A stretch of DNA of 64,000 bases from Flavobacteriaceae bacterium UBA3478 (lineage in GTDB: Bacteria; Bacteroidota; Bacteroidia; Flavobacteriales; Flavobacteriaceae). The stretch covers positions 1,435 through 65,434 of the forward strand of contig DFQX01000087.1 of assembly GCA_002381155.1 (NCBI GenBank), in the 5' to 3' direction. The position numbers and the translations under genes were made by a program. Below are positions 48,240 to 57,568 of the stretch, piece after piece. How positions within the stretch are numbered: the first letter of the stretch is position 1; every line of letters starts with the position of its first letter. The notes below the pieces were generated by a model. It was given only the letters and a program-made list of their open reading frames with translations. It was not told where the DNA came from and searched no databases.

Positions 48240-48815
48240 TTATTCAGACCAAGCTTTACCGCCGGTAAGCGTCTGTAAATCATCACAAGCGATAAACTCA
48301 CCAGGTACTGGTAAATAAGCAAGAACATTCTCTCCGATATACTCAGAACCTTTGTAAGCGCTGATGGTCATACTTCTTAAATCTCCAGCAAACGCATAAG
48401 CATCTGAAGAAATAGACTCATCTCTATCACCGAATAAGGTAGTAAAGCTATCTACAAGATTTGCTTCACTAACAGCAGCAAGAGAACTAGCTCCTGTAGA
48501 TTCAGTGACAAAGCTTGAGAAAGCGGTTAATTGACTCTTAACTCGTTCTTGAGCCTCAGCGTCATAACATTCAGCGATTAGCTTATCGATGAACACATGA
48601 ACATTCACTTCAGAAGCTGAAGGAGTATCTGTAGCCGGCAAAATCACATCGATTGCCTTTACTAAAAATGAACCTTCTTCACTTGAGAAGAATTGTGGTG
48701 CCCATGCTAATCCGTCTGAAGAGCTACAACTCTGCAGAATGGATAATACCGTAGGAGTAGCAACGGCAAAACCGAAAGCTTTTCCTAAATTCTTAAGTGC
48801 GTCTCTTCTTTCCAT
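48240..48815 (-). CDS. Gluconate 2-dehydrogenase subunit 3-like protein with Tat signal
   Basis: N-terminal MERRDALKNLG twin-arginine-type signal. It is translationally coupled (TAATG) to the upstream GMC oxidoreductase. Confidence 0.65.
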   Translation of the reverse strand: MERRDALKNLGKAFGFAVATPTVLSILQSCSSSDGLAWAPQFFSSEEGSFLVKAIDVILPATDTPSASEVNVHVFIDKLIAECYDAEAQERVKSQLTAFSSFVTESTGASSLAAVSEANLVDSFTTLFGDRDESISSDAYAFAGDLRSMTISAYKGSEYIGENVLAYLPVPGEFIACDDLQTLTGGKAWSE

Positions 48816-50533
48816 TAGATATTTCCGTTTTTAAGTTCTTGAACTGCATGATTAGCTGCACGTGCTGTAAACGCCATGTAAGTAAGCGATGGGTTTACAC
48901 AGTTTGCTGAAGTCATGAAAGAACCGTCAGTTACATAAACATTTTTACAAGCGTGTACTTGGTTGTACCCGTTAAGTACCGAAGTCTTAGGATCACGTCC
49001 CATACGAGCGGTACCCATTTCGTGAATACCCAGACCGATTGCGTAGCTTCCGTTAAAAGAGTAGATATCCTTAGCCCCTGCTTTCTCCAGCATTTGTTCG
49101 GCTTGATCTCGCATATCTTTACGCATTGCGATCTCATTCTCTTTAATAGTAGCGTTAAAAGTCGGTGTTGGTAATCCCCACTGGTCTAGCTTATCGTAGT
49201 CTAGGGTAAAACGGTTATCCTCATAAGGTAGAATTTCACCGAATCCGTAGAAGGTTGCACTCCACTGACCAGGTCCTAGGATGTTCTCCTTAAGTTGTGG
49301 CCCAAACTTAGCTTCAGCAATTAGATCATTATAATTACTTCTGCTAGCTCCACCCTGATATCCGTAAAGACCTTTAAAATCTTTACGATTGGTAGACCCA
49401 CCAATATTTCTAAATGAAGGCACATACCAACCAGCAACCTTACGGCCTTTGTAGTATTTATCTTCTAAGCCTTCCATAATACCTACAGCACCAACATTTA
49501 AGTGGTGGTCCATGATATTACGTCCAAGCTGGTCGCTATCGTTTCCTAGTCCATTAGGGAAACGATCTGAACGCGACTGCATAAGAATCGAAGTTGACGC
49601 AATGGCAGAAGCACATAAGAATACAACTTTAGCCTTGAATTCAAACTCTTCTTTAGTTACACGATCGATTACTTTAACACCAGTGGCCTTTTGAGTATCC
49701 GCATCGTAAATCACCTCGGTAACGATAGAATCAGGACGAAGGGTTAGGTTTCCTGTGCGTTCAGCAACCGGAAGTGTTGACGAAAGACTGCTGAAGTATG
49801 ACCCGAAAGGACACCCTCTGATGCAGCGGTTTCTGTATTGACAACGAATACGTCCGTCACCATCAAATTGTTTATCACTGGTGATGTGTGCCACACGACC
49901 TGGTGTAAGTACACGTCCATCAAAATGCTCAGCAACTTTATCTTTGATTTTCTCCTCAGCACAGTTAAATGGCATAGGAGGCTCAAATTCACTATCAGGT
50001 AATTGAGTTAATCCTAACGACTCACCAGAAACCCCAATAAACTTCTCAACATGAGAATACCATGGGGCAATGTCCTTGTATCGAACTGGCCAATCAACAG
50101 CAACTCCATTACGAGCATTTGATTCAAAACTGATATCACTCCAACGATAAGAATGTCTTCCCCACATGATTGAACGTCCACCAACGTGGTATCCACGCAT
50201 CCAGTCAAAACGCTCGGTTTCATTATAAGGATGATCAACATCATCTACAAACCAGTGCGAAGAAGATTTACGTGTGGTGTACCCCGTACGTGACTGCTTT
50301 TGCTGTCTCGCGGCCTCTTCAACCGTTTGACGATCACCATTAGGCAGGTCCCATTTGTCAAGGTTAGCCGTCGGATAATCTTCGCGGTGTTTTTTCATAG
50401 GTCCTCTTTCGAGAACTAAGGTCTTCAAGCCATTTTCGCATAATTCCTTTGCCGCCCAGCCACCGCTAATACCGGTACCAACGACAATCGCGTCATACGA
50501 TTCTTGCTCTTCGTTGAAATAAAATTTACTCAT
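48815..50533 (-). CDS. GMC family FAD-dependent oxidoreductase
   Basis: FAD motif AIVVGTGISGG and the C-terminal GMC region HEMGTARMG. The ATG at 50533 is preferred over the GTG at 50557. Confidence 0.85.
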   Translation of the reverse strand: MSKFYFNEEQESYDAIVVGTGISGGWAAKELCENGLKTLVLERGPMKKHREDYPTANLDKWDLPNGDRQTVEEAARQQKQSRTGYTTRKSSSHWFVDDVDHPYNETERFDWMRGYHVGGRSIMWGRHSYRWSDISFESNARNGVAVDWPVRYKDIAPWYSHVEKFIGVSGESLGLTQLPDSEFEPPMPFNCAEEKIKDKVAEHFDGRVLTPGRVAHITSDKQFDGDGRIRCQYRNRCIRGCPFGSYFSSLSSTLPVAERTGNLTLRPDSIVTEVIYDADTQKATGVKVIDRVTKEEFEFKAKVVFLCASAIASTSILMQSRSDRFPNGLGNDSDQLGRNIMDHHLNVGAVGIMEGLEDKYYKGRKVAGWYVPSFRNIGGSTNRKDFKGLYGYQGGASRSNYNDLIAEAKFGPQLKENILGPGQWSATFYGFGEILPYEDNRFTLDYDKLDQWGLPTPTFNATIKENEIAMRKDMRDQAEQMLEKAGAKDIYSFNGSYAIGLGIHEMGTARMGRDPKTSVLNGYNQVHACKNVYVTDGSFMTSANCVNPSLTYMAFTARAANHAVQELKNGNI

Positions 50534-50661
50534 CGTTGTCAATAGTTTAGTTGGCACAATTTAGAGAAACCAATGATATTTTTCTACATTTAGTGGCCTT
50601 TTGAGGCAAACTTTAACAACATAACAACTACACAACACTAATCCTTACACAATAATCAATT

Positions 50662-51888
50662 ATGAAAACAAGCACACGTATTCAACTCTCGTTTATGATG
50701 TTCCTAGAATTTTTTATCTGGGGTGGCTGGTTTGTAACTATGGGTATCTTCTTACCGAGCACTTTAGGAGCAACAGGATCAGAAAGTGCTATGGCCTATT
50801 CTACACAAAGTTGGGGGGCAATTATTGCTCCGTTTATTATCGGTCTTATCGCCGATCGATATTTCAATGCTGAGAGAATTCTGGGGGTGCTTCACCTTGT
50901 GGGAGCATTTTTAATGTATCAAATGTCGATAGCAGAGAACTTTGCGGTGTTCTACCCCTATGTATTGGGTTACATGATTGCTTATATGCCAACTCTGGCT
51001 CTAGTAAATTCTGTTTCCTTTAACCAGATGACTAACCCTGCAAAAGAGTTTTCTCCAATCCGTGTTTTCGGTACGATCGGATGGATCCTTGCCGGATTAA
51101 TCATCAGCTTTGTTTTCAAATGGGATGCCCCTGAATCAGTCGCGCAGGGAGCGCTTAGAAATACTTTCCTAATGACTGGTGTGGCATCAGCAATCTTAGG
51201 GTTATTCAGCTTTACACTTCCAAAAACACCTCCTACAGCTAAAAAAGGTGCAGTGACGGTTAGCGATATTTTAGGACTCGATGCCCTAAGCCTTTTGAAG
51301 GACAGAAACTTTTTAGTATTCTTTTTATCGTCAGTACTTATTTGTATTCCGTTGGCATTCTACTATCAGCACGCCGCACAATTCTTGGGTGAAATTGAAG
51401 TAGCCAACCCAGCGGGTAAAATGACTATCGGACAAATCTCAGAAGTTCTTTTCATGCTTCTTTTACCGGTATTTTTCACCCGTTTCGGATTCAAGAAAAC
51501 GATTCTAGTAGGTATGGCTGCTTGGGCAGTTCGTTATTTCCTATTCTCCATCGGAAATGCGGATGACGGAGTTTTCTTATTACTTATCGGTATCGCCCTG
51601 CACGGCATTTGTTACGATTTCTTCTTCGTATCCGGCCAAATTTATACGGATACCAAAGCAGGTGATAGTGTAAAGAGTGCAGCTCAGGGTCTAATCACTC
51701 TAGCCACTTATGGTGTGGGTATGCTCGTTGGATTCTGGATCGCAGGACAAATCACTGACAGCTACGCTCTTAGCAATGGTGGTCACGACTGGAAGCAAAT
51801 TTGGGTTCTTCCTGCCCTATTCGCTATTGGGGTATTTGTCTTATTTGCGGTATTTTTCCGTTCTGAAAAAGTTGAATACAAATCATAA
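50662..51888 (+). CDS. MFS transporter, nucleoside:H+ symporter (NHS; NupG/XapB-like) family
   Basis: N-terminal LSFMMFLEFFIWGGWFVTMG closely parallels the NupG/XapB N-terminus. About 12 TM segments. Confidence 0.75.
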   Translation: MKTSTRIQLSFMMFLEFFIWGGWFVTMGIFLPSTLGATGSESAMAYSTQSWGAIIAPFIIGLIADRYFNAERILGVLHLVGAFLMYQMSIAENFAVFYPYVLGYMIAYMPTLALVNSVSFNQMTNPAKEFSPIRVFGTIGWILAGLIISFVFKWDAPESVAQGALRNTFLMTGVASAILGLFSFTLPKTPPTAKKGAVTVSDILGLDALSLLKDRNFLVFFLSSVLICIPLAFYYQHAAQFLGEIEVANPAGKMTIGQISEVLFMLLLPVFFTRFGFKKTILVGMAAWAVRYFLFSIGNADDGVFLLLIGIALHGICYDFFFVSGQIYTDTKAGDSVKSAAQGLITLATYGVGMLVGFWIAGQITDSYALSNGGHDWKQIWVLPALFAIGVFVLFAVFFRSEKVEYKS

Positions 51889-51890
51889 TT

Positions 51891-53036
51891 ATGCCGAAGA
51901 AAATCAAACTTGGAATATTAGGTGGCGGAGGTGACTCCCTAATCGGAATCGTTCACCGAATTGCAGCGTTCATGAATGATAATTACGAAATTGTCGGAGG
52001 GGTTTTCAATCCAGACAAAAACGTAAGTATCGAATTTGCAAAGCATATTGATATTCCGACCAATCGCATATACGCGACTGTTGAAGAGTTAGTTGCTGCA
52101 GAAAATGAACTGCCCGAAGAGGAGCGCATGCAAGTGGTTAGTATCCTTACCCCTAACTTTCTTCATTTTCCAATGGCTAAAACGCTTCTTGAAAATGGAT
52201 TCAATGTGATCTGTGAGAAGCCGATGACTACCTCCTACGAAGAGGCAAAAGAAATCGCTGCACTTCAAGAAAAAGGTGGAGCGGTATTCGCACTTACACA
52301 CACCTACACCGGCTATCCGATGGTACGTCAGATGAGAGAAATGATTCGCTCAGGTGCCATTGGAGACATTCATAAAGTAGATGTTCAGTACTACCAGGGG
52401 TGGATCAATCCACTCATTCACGACGAAGCTTCAAGAAAAGCTACCTGGAGATTAGATCCTGAAAAATCAGGAATCTCATGTTGTGTTGGGGATATCGGAG
52501 TTCACGCCTTTAACCTTGTAGAATACACCACAGGTCTTGAAATAAAAGAAGTATTGAGCGACTTCAATTTCTTATACGATGACAACGTAATGGATGTTGA
52601 TGCAAATATTCTCGTTCGCCTTGACAAACACGTAAAAGGAATAGTTCGTTCGAGCCAAATCGCTACCGCTGAAGAAAACAATATTGTTCTTTCCATCTAT
52701 GGAAAAGAAGGTGGCTTAAAATGGGAACAAGAGAACCCTAATTATCTATACCTGCTTAAAGAAGGGCAACCGATGCAAGTTCTGAAACCAGGACATGGAT
52801 ATAACAGCCAGTTCTCATTAGAGGGCACCAAAGTACCTCCAGGACACCCTGAAGGCCTTTTCGATGCAATGGCTAATATTTACCTAGGAGTTGCGAAAGC
52901 GGTTCGTGGAGAAACCTACCATGACGGGGCATTCCCAACAGTGACCGATGGTCTTCGTGGAATGAACTTCATTGAAGCCACCGTTGAATCGAATGCGAAA
53001 GGAAATGTTTGGGTCGCTTTAGACTCTCAACAATAA
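51891..53036 (+). CDS. Gfo/Idh/MocA family oxidoreductase
   Basis: N-terminal Rossmann KLGILGGGGDSLIG and the EKP motif (ICEKPMT). Confidence 0.85.
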   Translation: MPKKIKLGILGGGGDSLIGIVHRIAAFMNDNYEIVGGVFNPDKNVSIEFAKHIDIPTNRIYATVEELVAAENELPEEERMQVVSILTPNFLHFPMAKTLLENGFNVICEKPMTTSYEEAKEIAALQEKGGAVFALTHTYTGYPMVRQMREMIRSGAIGDIHKVDVQYYQGWINPLIHDEASRKATWRLDPEKSGISCCVGDIGVHAFNLVEYTTGLEIKEVLSDFNFLYDDNVMDVDANILVRLDKHVKGIVRSSQIATAEENNIVLSIYGKEGGLKWEQENPNYLYLLKEGQPMQVLKPGHGYNSQFSLEGTKVPPGHPEGLFDAMANIYLGVAKAVRGETYHDGAFPTVTDGLRGMNFIEATVESNAKGNVWVALDSQQ

Positions 53037-53046
53037 TAACAACGCT

Positions 53047-54099
53047 ATGAAAACGATTAAAGGACCTGCGGTATTTCTAGCGCAGTTTATCGACAGTAAG
53101 CCTCCATTTAATTCCCTAGAAGGGCTATGTCAATGGGCAGCAGACTTAGGATATAAAGGAATTCAAATCCCAACTTGGGAATCTTTCTTAATTGACTTAG
53201 ACAAGGCGGCCGAAAGCCAAGACTATTGTGACGAGCTCAAAGGAAGGATCGCCTCATTCGGATTAGAAATCACCGAACTATCGACACACCTTCAAGGTCA
53301 GTTAGTAGCAGTACATCCGGCCTATGACATAATGTTCGATAATTTTGCACCTGATGCCGTAAAAAACAATCCAAAGGCAAGAACAGAATGGGCGGTTGAC
53401 ACGGTAAAAAAAGCAGCTACAGCAAGTAGACGTTTAGGACTTAATGCACATGCAACCTTTTCAGGTTCGCTATTATGGCACACCATGCACCCTTGGCCTC
53501 AACGCCCTGAAGGACTAGTTGAAATGGGCTTCGAAGAATTAGCTAAAAGATGGATGCCTATTTTGAATCACTTCGACAAAGAAGGAGTTGATGTCTGTTA
53601 CGAAGTGCACCCAGGAGAAGATATCCACGATGGGGACACCTTCGAACGCTTCCTCGAAGCAACCGGTAATCATAAACGCGTAAATATTCTTTACGACCCG
53701 AGTCACTTTGTCCTTCAACAGCTTGATTATATCGAATATATCGATCATTACCACGAATTCATCAAGGCCTTTCATGTGAAAGACTCAGAGTTTAATCCGA
53801 CCGGAAAAAAAGGAGCCTTCGGGGGATACAATGATTGGTCTAATCGAGCGGGGCGCTACAGATCTCCGGGTGATGGTCAAGTAGACTTTAAAACCATTTT
53901 CTCAAAACTAACGCAATACGGATGTGACCTTTGGGCTGTAATGGAATGGGAATGTTGTATCAAGAGCCCTGAACAAGGTGCTAGAGAAGGTGCTACATTT
54001 ATCAAAAATCACATCATTGAAGCCACCGAAAAAACCTTTGACGATTTTGCAGGAGGCGATGTCAATAAAGACGAACTTAAAAAGATTCTAGGACTATGA
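53047..54099 (+). CDS. Sugar phosphate isomerase/epimerase (xylose isomerase-like TIM barrel) family protein
   Basis: The length and the E/H/D metal-ligand pattern (CYEVHPGED, DPSHF, MEWE) are typical of AP-endonuclease-2/xylose-isomerase-like TIM barrels. Confidence 0.75.
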   Translation: MKTIKGPAVFLAQFIDSKPPFNSLEGLCQWAADLGYKGIQIPTWESFLIDLDKAAESQDYCDELKGRIASFGLEITELSTHLQGQLVAVHPAYDIMFDNFAPDAVKNNPKARTEWAVDTVKKAATASRRLGLNAHATFSGSLLWHTMHPWPQRPEGLVEMGFEELAKRWMPILNHFDKEGVDVCYEVHPGEDIHDGDTFERFLEATGNHKRVNILYDPSHFVLQQLDYIEYIDHYHEFIKAFHVKDSEFNPTGKKGAFGGYNDWSNRAGRYRSPGDGQVDFKTIFSKLTQYGCDLWAVMEWECCIKSPEQGAREGATFIKNHIIEATEKTFDDFAGGDVNKDELKKILGL

Positions 54100-55517
54100 A
54101 AGCATCAGCTTTAATTGCACTTGGAGCCCTTATTGTAGGCTGTGCAAACCCCGCTCAGAAAGGCACTGAAACAACCGCTCAAGAAAAGGATTGGGAGGTA
54201 CTTTTCGATGGTACTTCAACAGATAAATGGAAGCAATACAATGGAGACACCATGTCAGAGGCATGGAAGATTGAAGATGGGGCACTCGTTTTTTATCCAC
54301 CCAAAGAAGGATCTCAATGGGGAAAAGGTCACAATATTGTTACCAAAGAAAACTACCACAGCTTTGAGCTAGTGCTTGAATACAAGGTAGCAGAAGGAGC
54401 AAATAGTGGAATTTTCTGGGGTATTATAGAAGACGAACGTCTTCCCGAACCTTACTTAAGTGGACCAGAAATTCAGGTCTTAGATAATGAAAGACATCCA
54501 GATGCCAAAGCGGGCCTTACTCACCAAGCTGGTGCGCTTTACGATATGGTTGCACCCTCGAAGGATGTAACACTGCCTGCCGGTGAGTGGAATACGATGT
54601 CGATCACTATTGACTACTTTGATAATCAAGGTATCGTGACACAAAATGGCGAAGAAATCGTAAACTTCCCAGTACATGGTGAAGGATGGAATGAGCTTGT
54701 TGCCAATTCTAAATTTGCCGATTGGGCTGCTTTCGGAAAGTATCGTACCGGTAAAATTGGGCTTCAAGATCACGGAGACGTGGTTGCCTATCGAAATATT
54801 AAAATTAGAAGAATAAACGCTCCAAATATGGAACAAGAACCTACTACTCCAGAAGCGACTGAATTATACGAGCCGGTACCTCCAAAGGTAACACCTGGTG
54901 TTAACGGTGGTGCTCCTAGCGATGCAATTGTCTTATTTGATGGTACCTCATTCGACGCATGGGAAAGTGCTAATGGTAGTGAGGCTCCATGGATTTTAAA
55001 TGAAGACGGAAGCATGACCGTGGCCGATCGTACGGGTGACATCAGAACCAAAGAAGTTTTTGGAAGCGTTCAACTACATATAGAATGGAGATCTCCGGCA
55101 GACGTACGTGGATCTAACCAGTCACGTGCGAATAGCGGTGTATTTCTGCAAGAGAGGTACGAGGTTCAAGTGCTAGACAACAATGATAATCCGACCTACG
55201 TAAATGGTCAGGTGGGTTCTATTTACAAACAAGCGATTCCTTTAGCAATGGCTTCAGTGCCTTCAGGAGAATGGAATACCTACGATATTATTTTTCATTC
55301 CCCAGAGTTTGACGAGGCAGGAAACCGAACCAAAGCGGGTACGCTAACGGTAATACATAACGGAATCCTTATTCAAAACCATTACGAGCTAAAAGGAACG
55401 ACCGAATATATCGGATGGCCAAAAAATACTCCGCACGGACCAGGACCACTCAGACTTCAAGATCACGGTGATAACTCTGGCGTTAGCTACAGAAACATTT
55501 GGGTTAGACCTCTTTAA
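54096..55517 (+). CDS. Tandem DUF1080 (3-keto-disaccharide hydrolase-like) lipoprotein
   Basis: Lipobox LIVGC. Two repeats each end in a ...LQDHG....YRNI.(I/V)R motif (IGLQDHGDVVAYRNIKIR; LRLQDHGDNSGVSYRNIWVR). Confidence 0.75.
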   Translation: MKASALIALGALIVGCANPAQKGTETTAQEKDWEVLFDGTSTDKWKQYNGDTMSEAWKIEDGALVFYPPKEGSQWGKGHNIVTKENYHSFELVLEYKVAEGANSGIFWGIIEDERLPEPYLSGPEIQVLDNERHPDAKAGLTHQAGALYDMVAPSKDVTLPAGEWNTMSITIDYFDNQGIVTQNGEEIVNFPVHGEGWNELVANSKFADWAAFGKYRTGKIGLQDHGDVVAYRNIKIRRINAPNMEQEPTTPEATELYEPVPPKVTPGVNGGAPSDAIVLFDGTSFDAWESANGSEAPWILNEDGSMTVADRTGDIRTKEVFGSVQLHIEWRSPADVRGSNQSRANSGVFLQERYEVQVLDNNDNPTYVNGQVGSIYKQAIPLAMASVPSGEWNTYDIIFHSPEFDEAGNRTKAGTLTVIHNGILIQNHYELKGTTEYIGWPKNTPHGPGPLRLQDHGDNSGVSYRNIWVRPL

Positions 55518-55532
55518 ATAGGGGTCTTTTCC

Positions 55533-55540
55533 TACCTTTG
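55533..55540 (+). promoter_or_regulatory. -7 box TACCTTTG (yicC-gmk-nadD)
   Basis: Matches TAnnTTTG, 6 nt before the ATG at 55547. Confidence 0.45.
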
Positions 55541-55546
55541 CGGCCT

Positions 55547-56404
55547 ATGATACACTCAATGACCGGATTCGGTCGACATATAGAGCACTTAGGCACCGAA
55601 AAAATTACCGTTGAGTTTAAATCACTGAACAGTAAAAACCTAGATCTTAACCTCAGGTTACCACAAACCCTTCGCGCTCACGAAATCGATTTTCGAAAGA
55701 AAATAGCTGAAAGTCTTACTAGAGGAAAGGTTGAAGCTTATATCTATATCGAGTCAGAAACGATTCGCACACCCGCTCAAATCAATGAGCCCGTTGTATC
55801 AGAATACTTAAGACAAATCAAGAATTTTGCAGAGGGTGATGATTTAGCTGCCTTAGCCTTAGCGCTTAAAATGCCTGAATCACTCACTCAAGAAAAACAA
55901 GAGGCCGACGAAAATCAGATACGAAGTGTAAATGCTGCGTTAGACAGAGCACTCGAAGCGCTTATTAGTTTTAGAAAACAAGAAGGCAAACAATTGATAC
56001 TTGATATTCAATCACGCATTGATTTAATCGCAAAGCATCTCGAAGCGGTACTCTCTTTAGATGAGAAGCGTAGAGAAGGGGTTCGAAGTCGTTTAGAACA
56101 AGCCGTGGCCCAACTTAAAGAATCTGTAGATGAGAATAGATTCGAGCAAGAGCTCATCTACTATCTCGAAAAATATGATATCACCGAAGAGAAAGTTCGA
56201 TTAAAAAACCATCTTGCCTATTTTCTAAAAACAGCTGCTGAAAGTGAAGCTCCTGGCAAGAAATTAGGCTTTATCGCTCAAGAGATCGGACGTGAAATCA
56301 ACACGATCGGTTCTAAAGCTAATGATGCCGCAATTCAACGTGAGGTCGTTCAAATGAAAGATGAACTTGAAAAAATTAAAGAACAGCTATTAAATGTCCT
56401 TTAA
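55547..56404 (+). CDS. YicC family stress-induced protein
   Basis: N-terminal MIHSMTGFG and C-terminal EIGREINTIGSKAND. The ATG at 55547 is preferred over the TTG at 55538, which lies inside the -7 box. Confidence 0.8.
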   Translation: MIHSMTGFGRHIEHLGTEKITVEFKSLNSKNLDLNLRLPQTLRAHEIDFRKKIAESLTRGKVEAYIYIESETIRTPAQINEPVVSEYLRQIKNFAEGDDLAALALALKMPESLTQEKQEADENQIRSVNAALDRALEALISFRKQEGKQLILDIQSRIDLIAKHLEAVLSLDEKRREGVRSRLEQAVAQLKESVDENRFEQELIYYLEKYDITEEKVRLKNHLAYFLKTAAESEAPGKKLGFIAQEIGREINTIGSKANDAAIQREVVQMKDELEKIKEQLLNVL

Positions 56405-56972
56405 CACCGATAAGCTTATCGTCTTTTCAGCACCCTCTGGTAGTGGTAAAACAACGATTGTTAGGCACTTACTAGAGCAAACAGACTTACCCCTAGCCTT
56501 TTCAATTTCAGCCACAACTAGAGCTCCTAGAGGCGCAGAGAAAGAAGGTGAAGATTACTATTTCTTAAGTCAAGAAGCCTTCAAAAGTAAAATCGAAAAA
56601 GGTGAGTTTTTAGAATACGAAGAAGTCTATCCGGGACTATTCTATGGCACCTTAGAATCTGAAGTAAAGCGACTTTGGAATGAAAATAAAGCCGTGCTCT
56701 TCGACATTGACGTTATGGGAGGTATATCGATAAAAAAGAGCTTTCCCACTGAAACTTTAACGGTATTTGTTCAGCCTCCATCGATCAAGACTCTTGAAGA
56801 ACGGTTAAGGTCTAGAAATACAGATACCGAAGAAACACTTCAGATTAGACTCAGTAAAGCCCAACAAGAATTAGATCAAGCCCAGGCCTTTGATGAAATT
56901 GTGATCAATGATAACCTATCAACGGCCCTATCTCAAACTGAAGAACTCGTAAGATCTTTTTTATCGAAATGA
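56394..56972 (+). CDS. gmk: Guanylate kinase
   Basis: Motifs SAPSGSGKTT and SATTRAPRGAE..G.DYYF. Confidence 0.95.
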   Translation: MSFNTDKLIVFSAPSGSGKTTIVRHLLEQTDLPLAFSISATTRAPRGAEKEGEDYYFLSQEAFKSKIEKGEFLEYEEVYPGLFYGTLESEVKRLWNENKAVLFDIDVMGGISIKKSFPTETLTVFVQPPSIKTLEERLRSRNTDTEETLQIRLSKAQQELDQAQAFDEIVINDNLSTALSQTEELVRSFLSK

Positions 56973-57568
56973 GTGAGAAAAAGAAAATAGGACTGTTTTT
57001 CGGGACGTTCAACCCCATGCATCGGGCACATTTACTCCTCGCCAACCATATTGCAGAGAATAGCGATCTATATCAAGTATGGTTCGTCATTACTCCCAAA
57101 AGCCCTTTCAAAAAGAAGGTTAGCCTAGCAAGTGACATTGATCGCTATCAGATGGTTTACGATGCGATTGAAGATTATCCGAAATTTAAAGCAAGTAAGG
57201 TCGAATTTGAACTACCTCAGCCCAACTATACTGCAGATACGCTGGCACACCTAGAAGAGCAGACGAATTATCAGTACGATTTCAGTCTAATTATGGGCGA
57301 AGACAATCTTGCTCATTTTCATAAGTGGAAGAATTACGAATCACTATTAGCCAATTACCGAATATTAGTGTATCCTAGAGTAAGTCCGCTCAGAACTCCT
57401 CCACCCGAAGAAATCGATAAACACAAAAGTGTGCAGCGTATTAAAGCACCCATTATCGAACTTTCTTCTTCTTATGTTAGAGAACAGATTAAGCTAGGAC
57501 ACGAGGTAAGACCACTTTTACCCGACTCTGTATTTGAGTTTATCGATTCGAAGAATCTCTACCGCTAA
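56969..57568 (+). CDS. nadD: Nicotinate-nucleotide adenylyltransferase
   Basis: Motifs GTFNPMHRAH and the SSSYVRE (ISST-like) motif. Confidence 0.9.
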   Translation: MSEKKKIGLFFGTFNPMHRAHLLLANHIAENSDLYQVWFVITPKSPFKKKVSLASDIDRYQMVYDAIEDYPKFKASKVEFELPQPNYTADTLAHLEEQTNYQYDFSLIMGEDNLAHFHKWKNYESLLANYRILVYPRVSPLRTPPPEEIDKHKSVQRIKAPIIELSSSYVREQIKLGHEVRPLLPDSVFEFIDSKNLYR

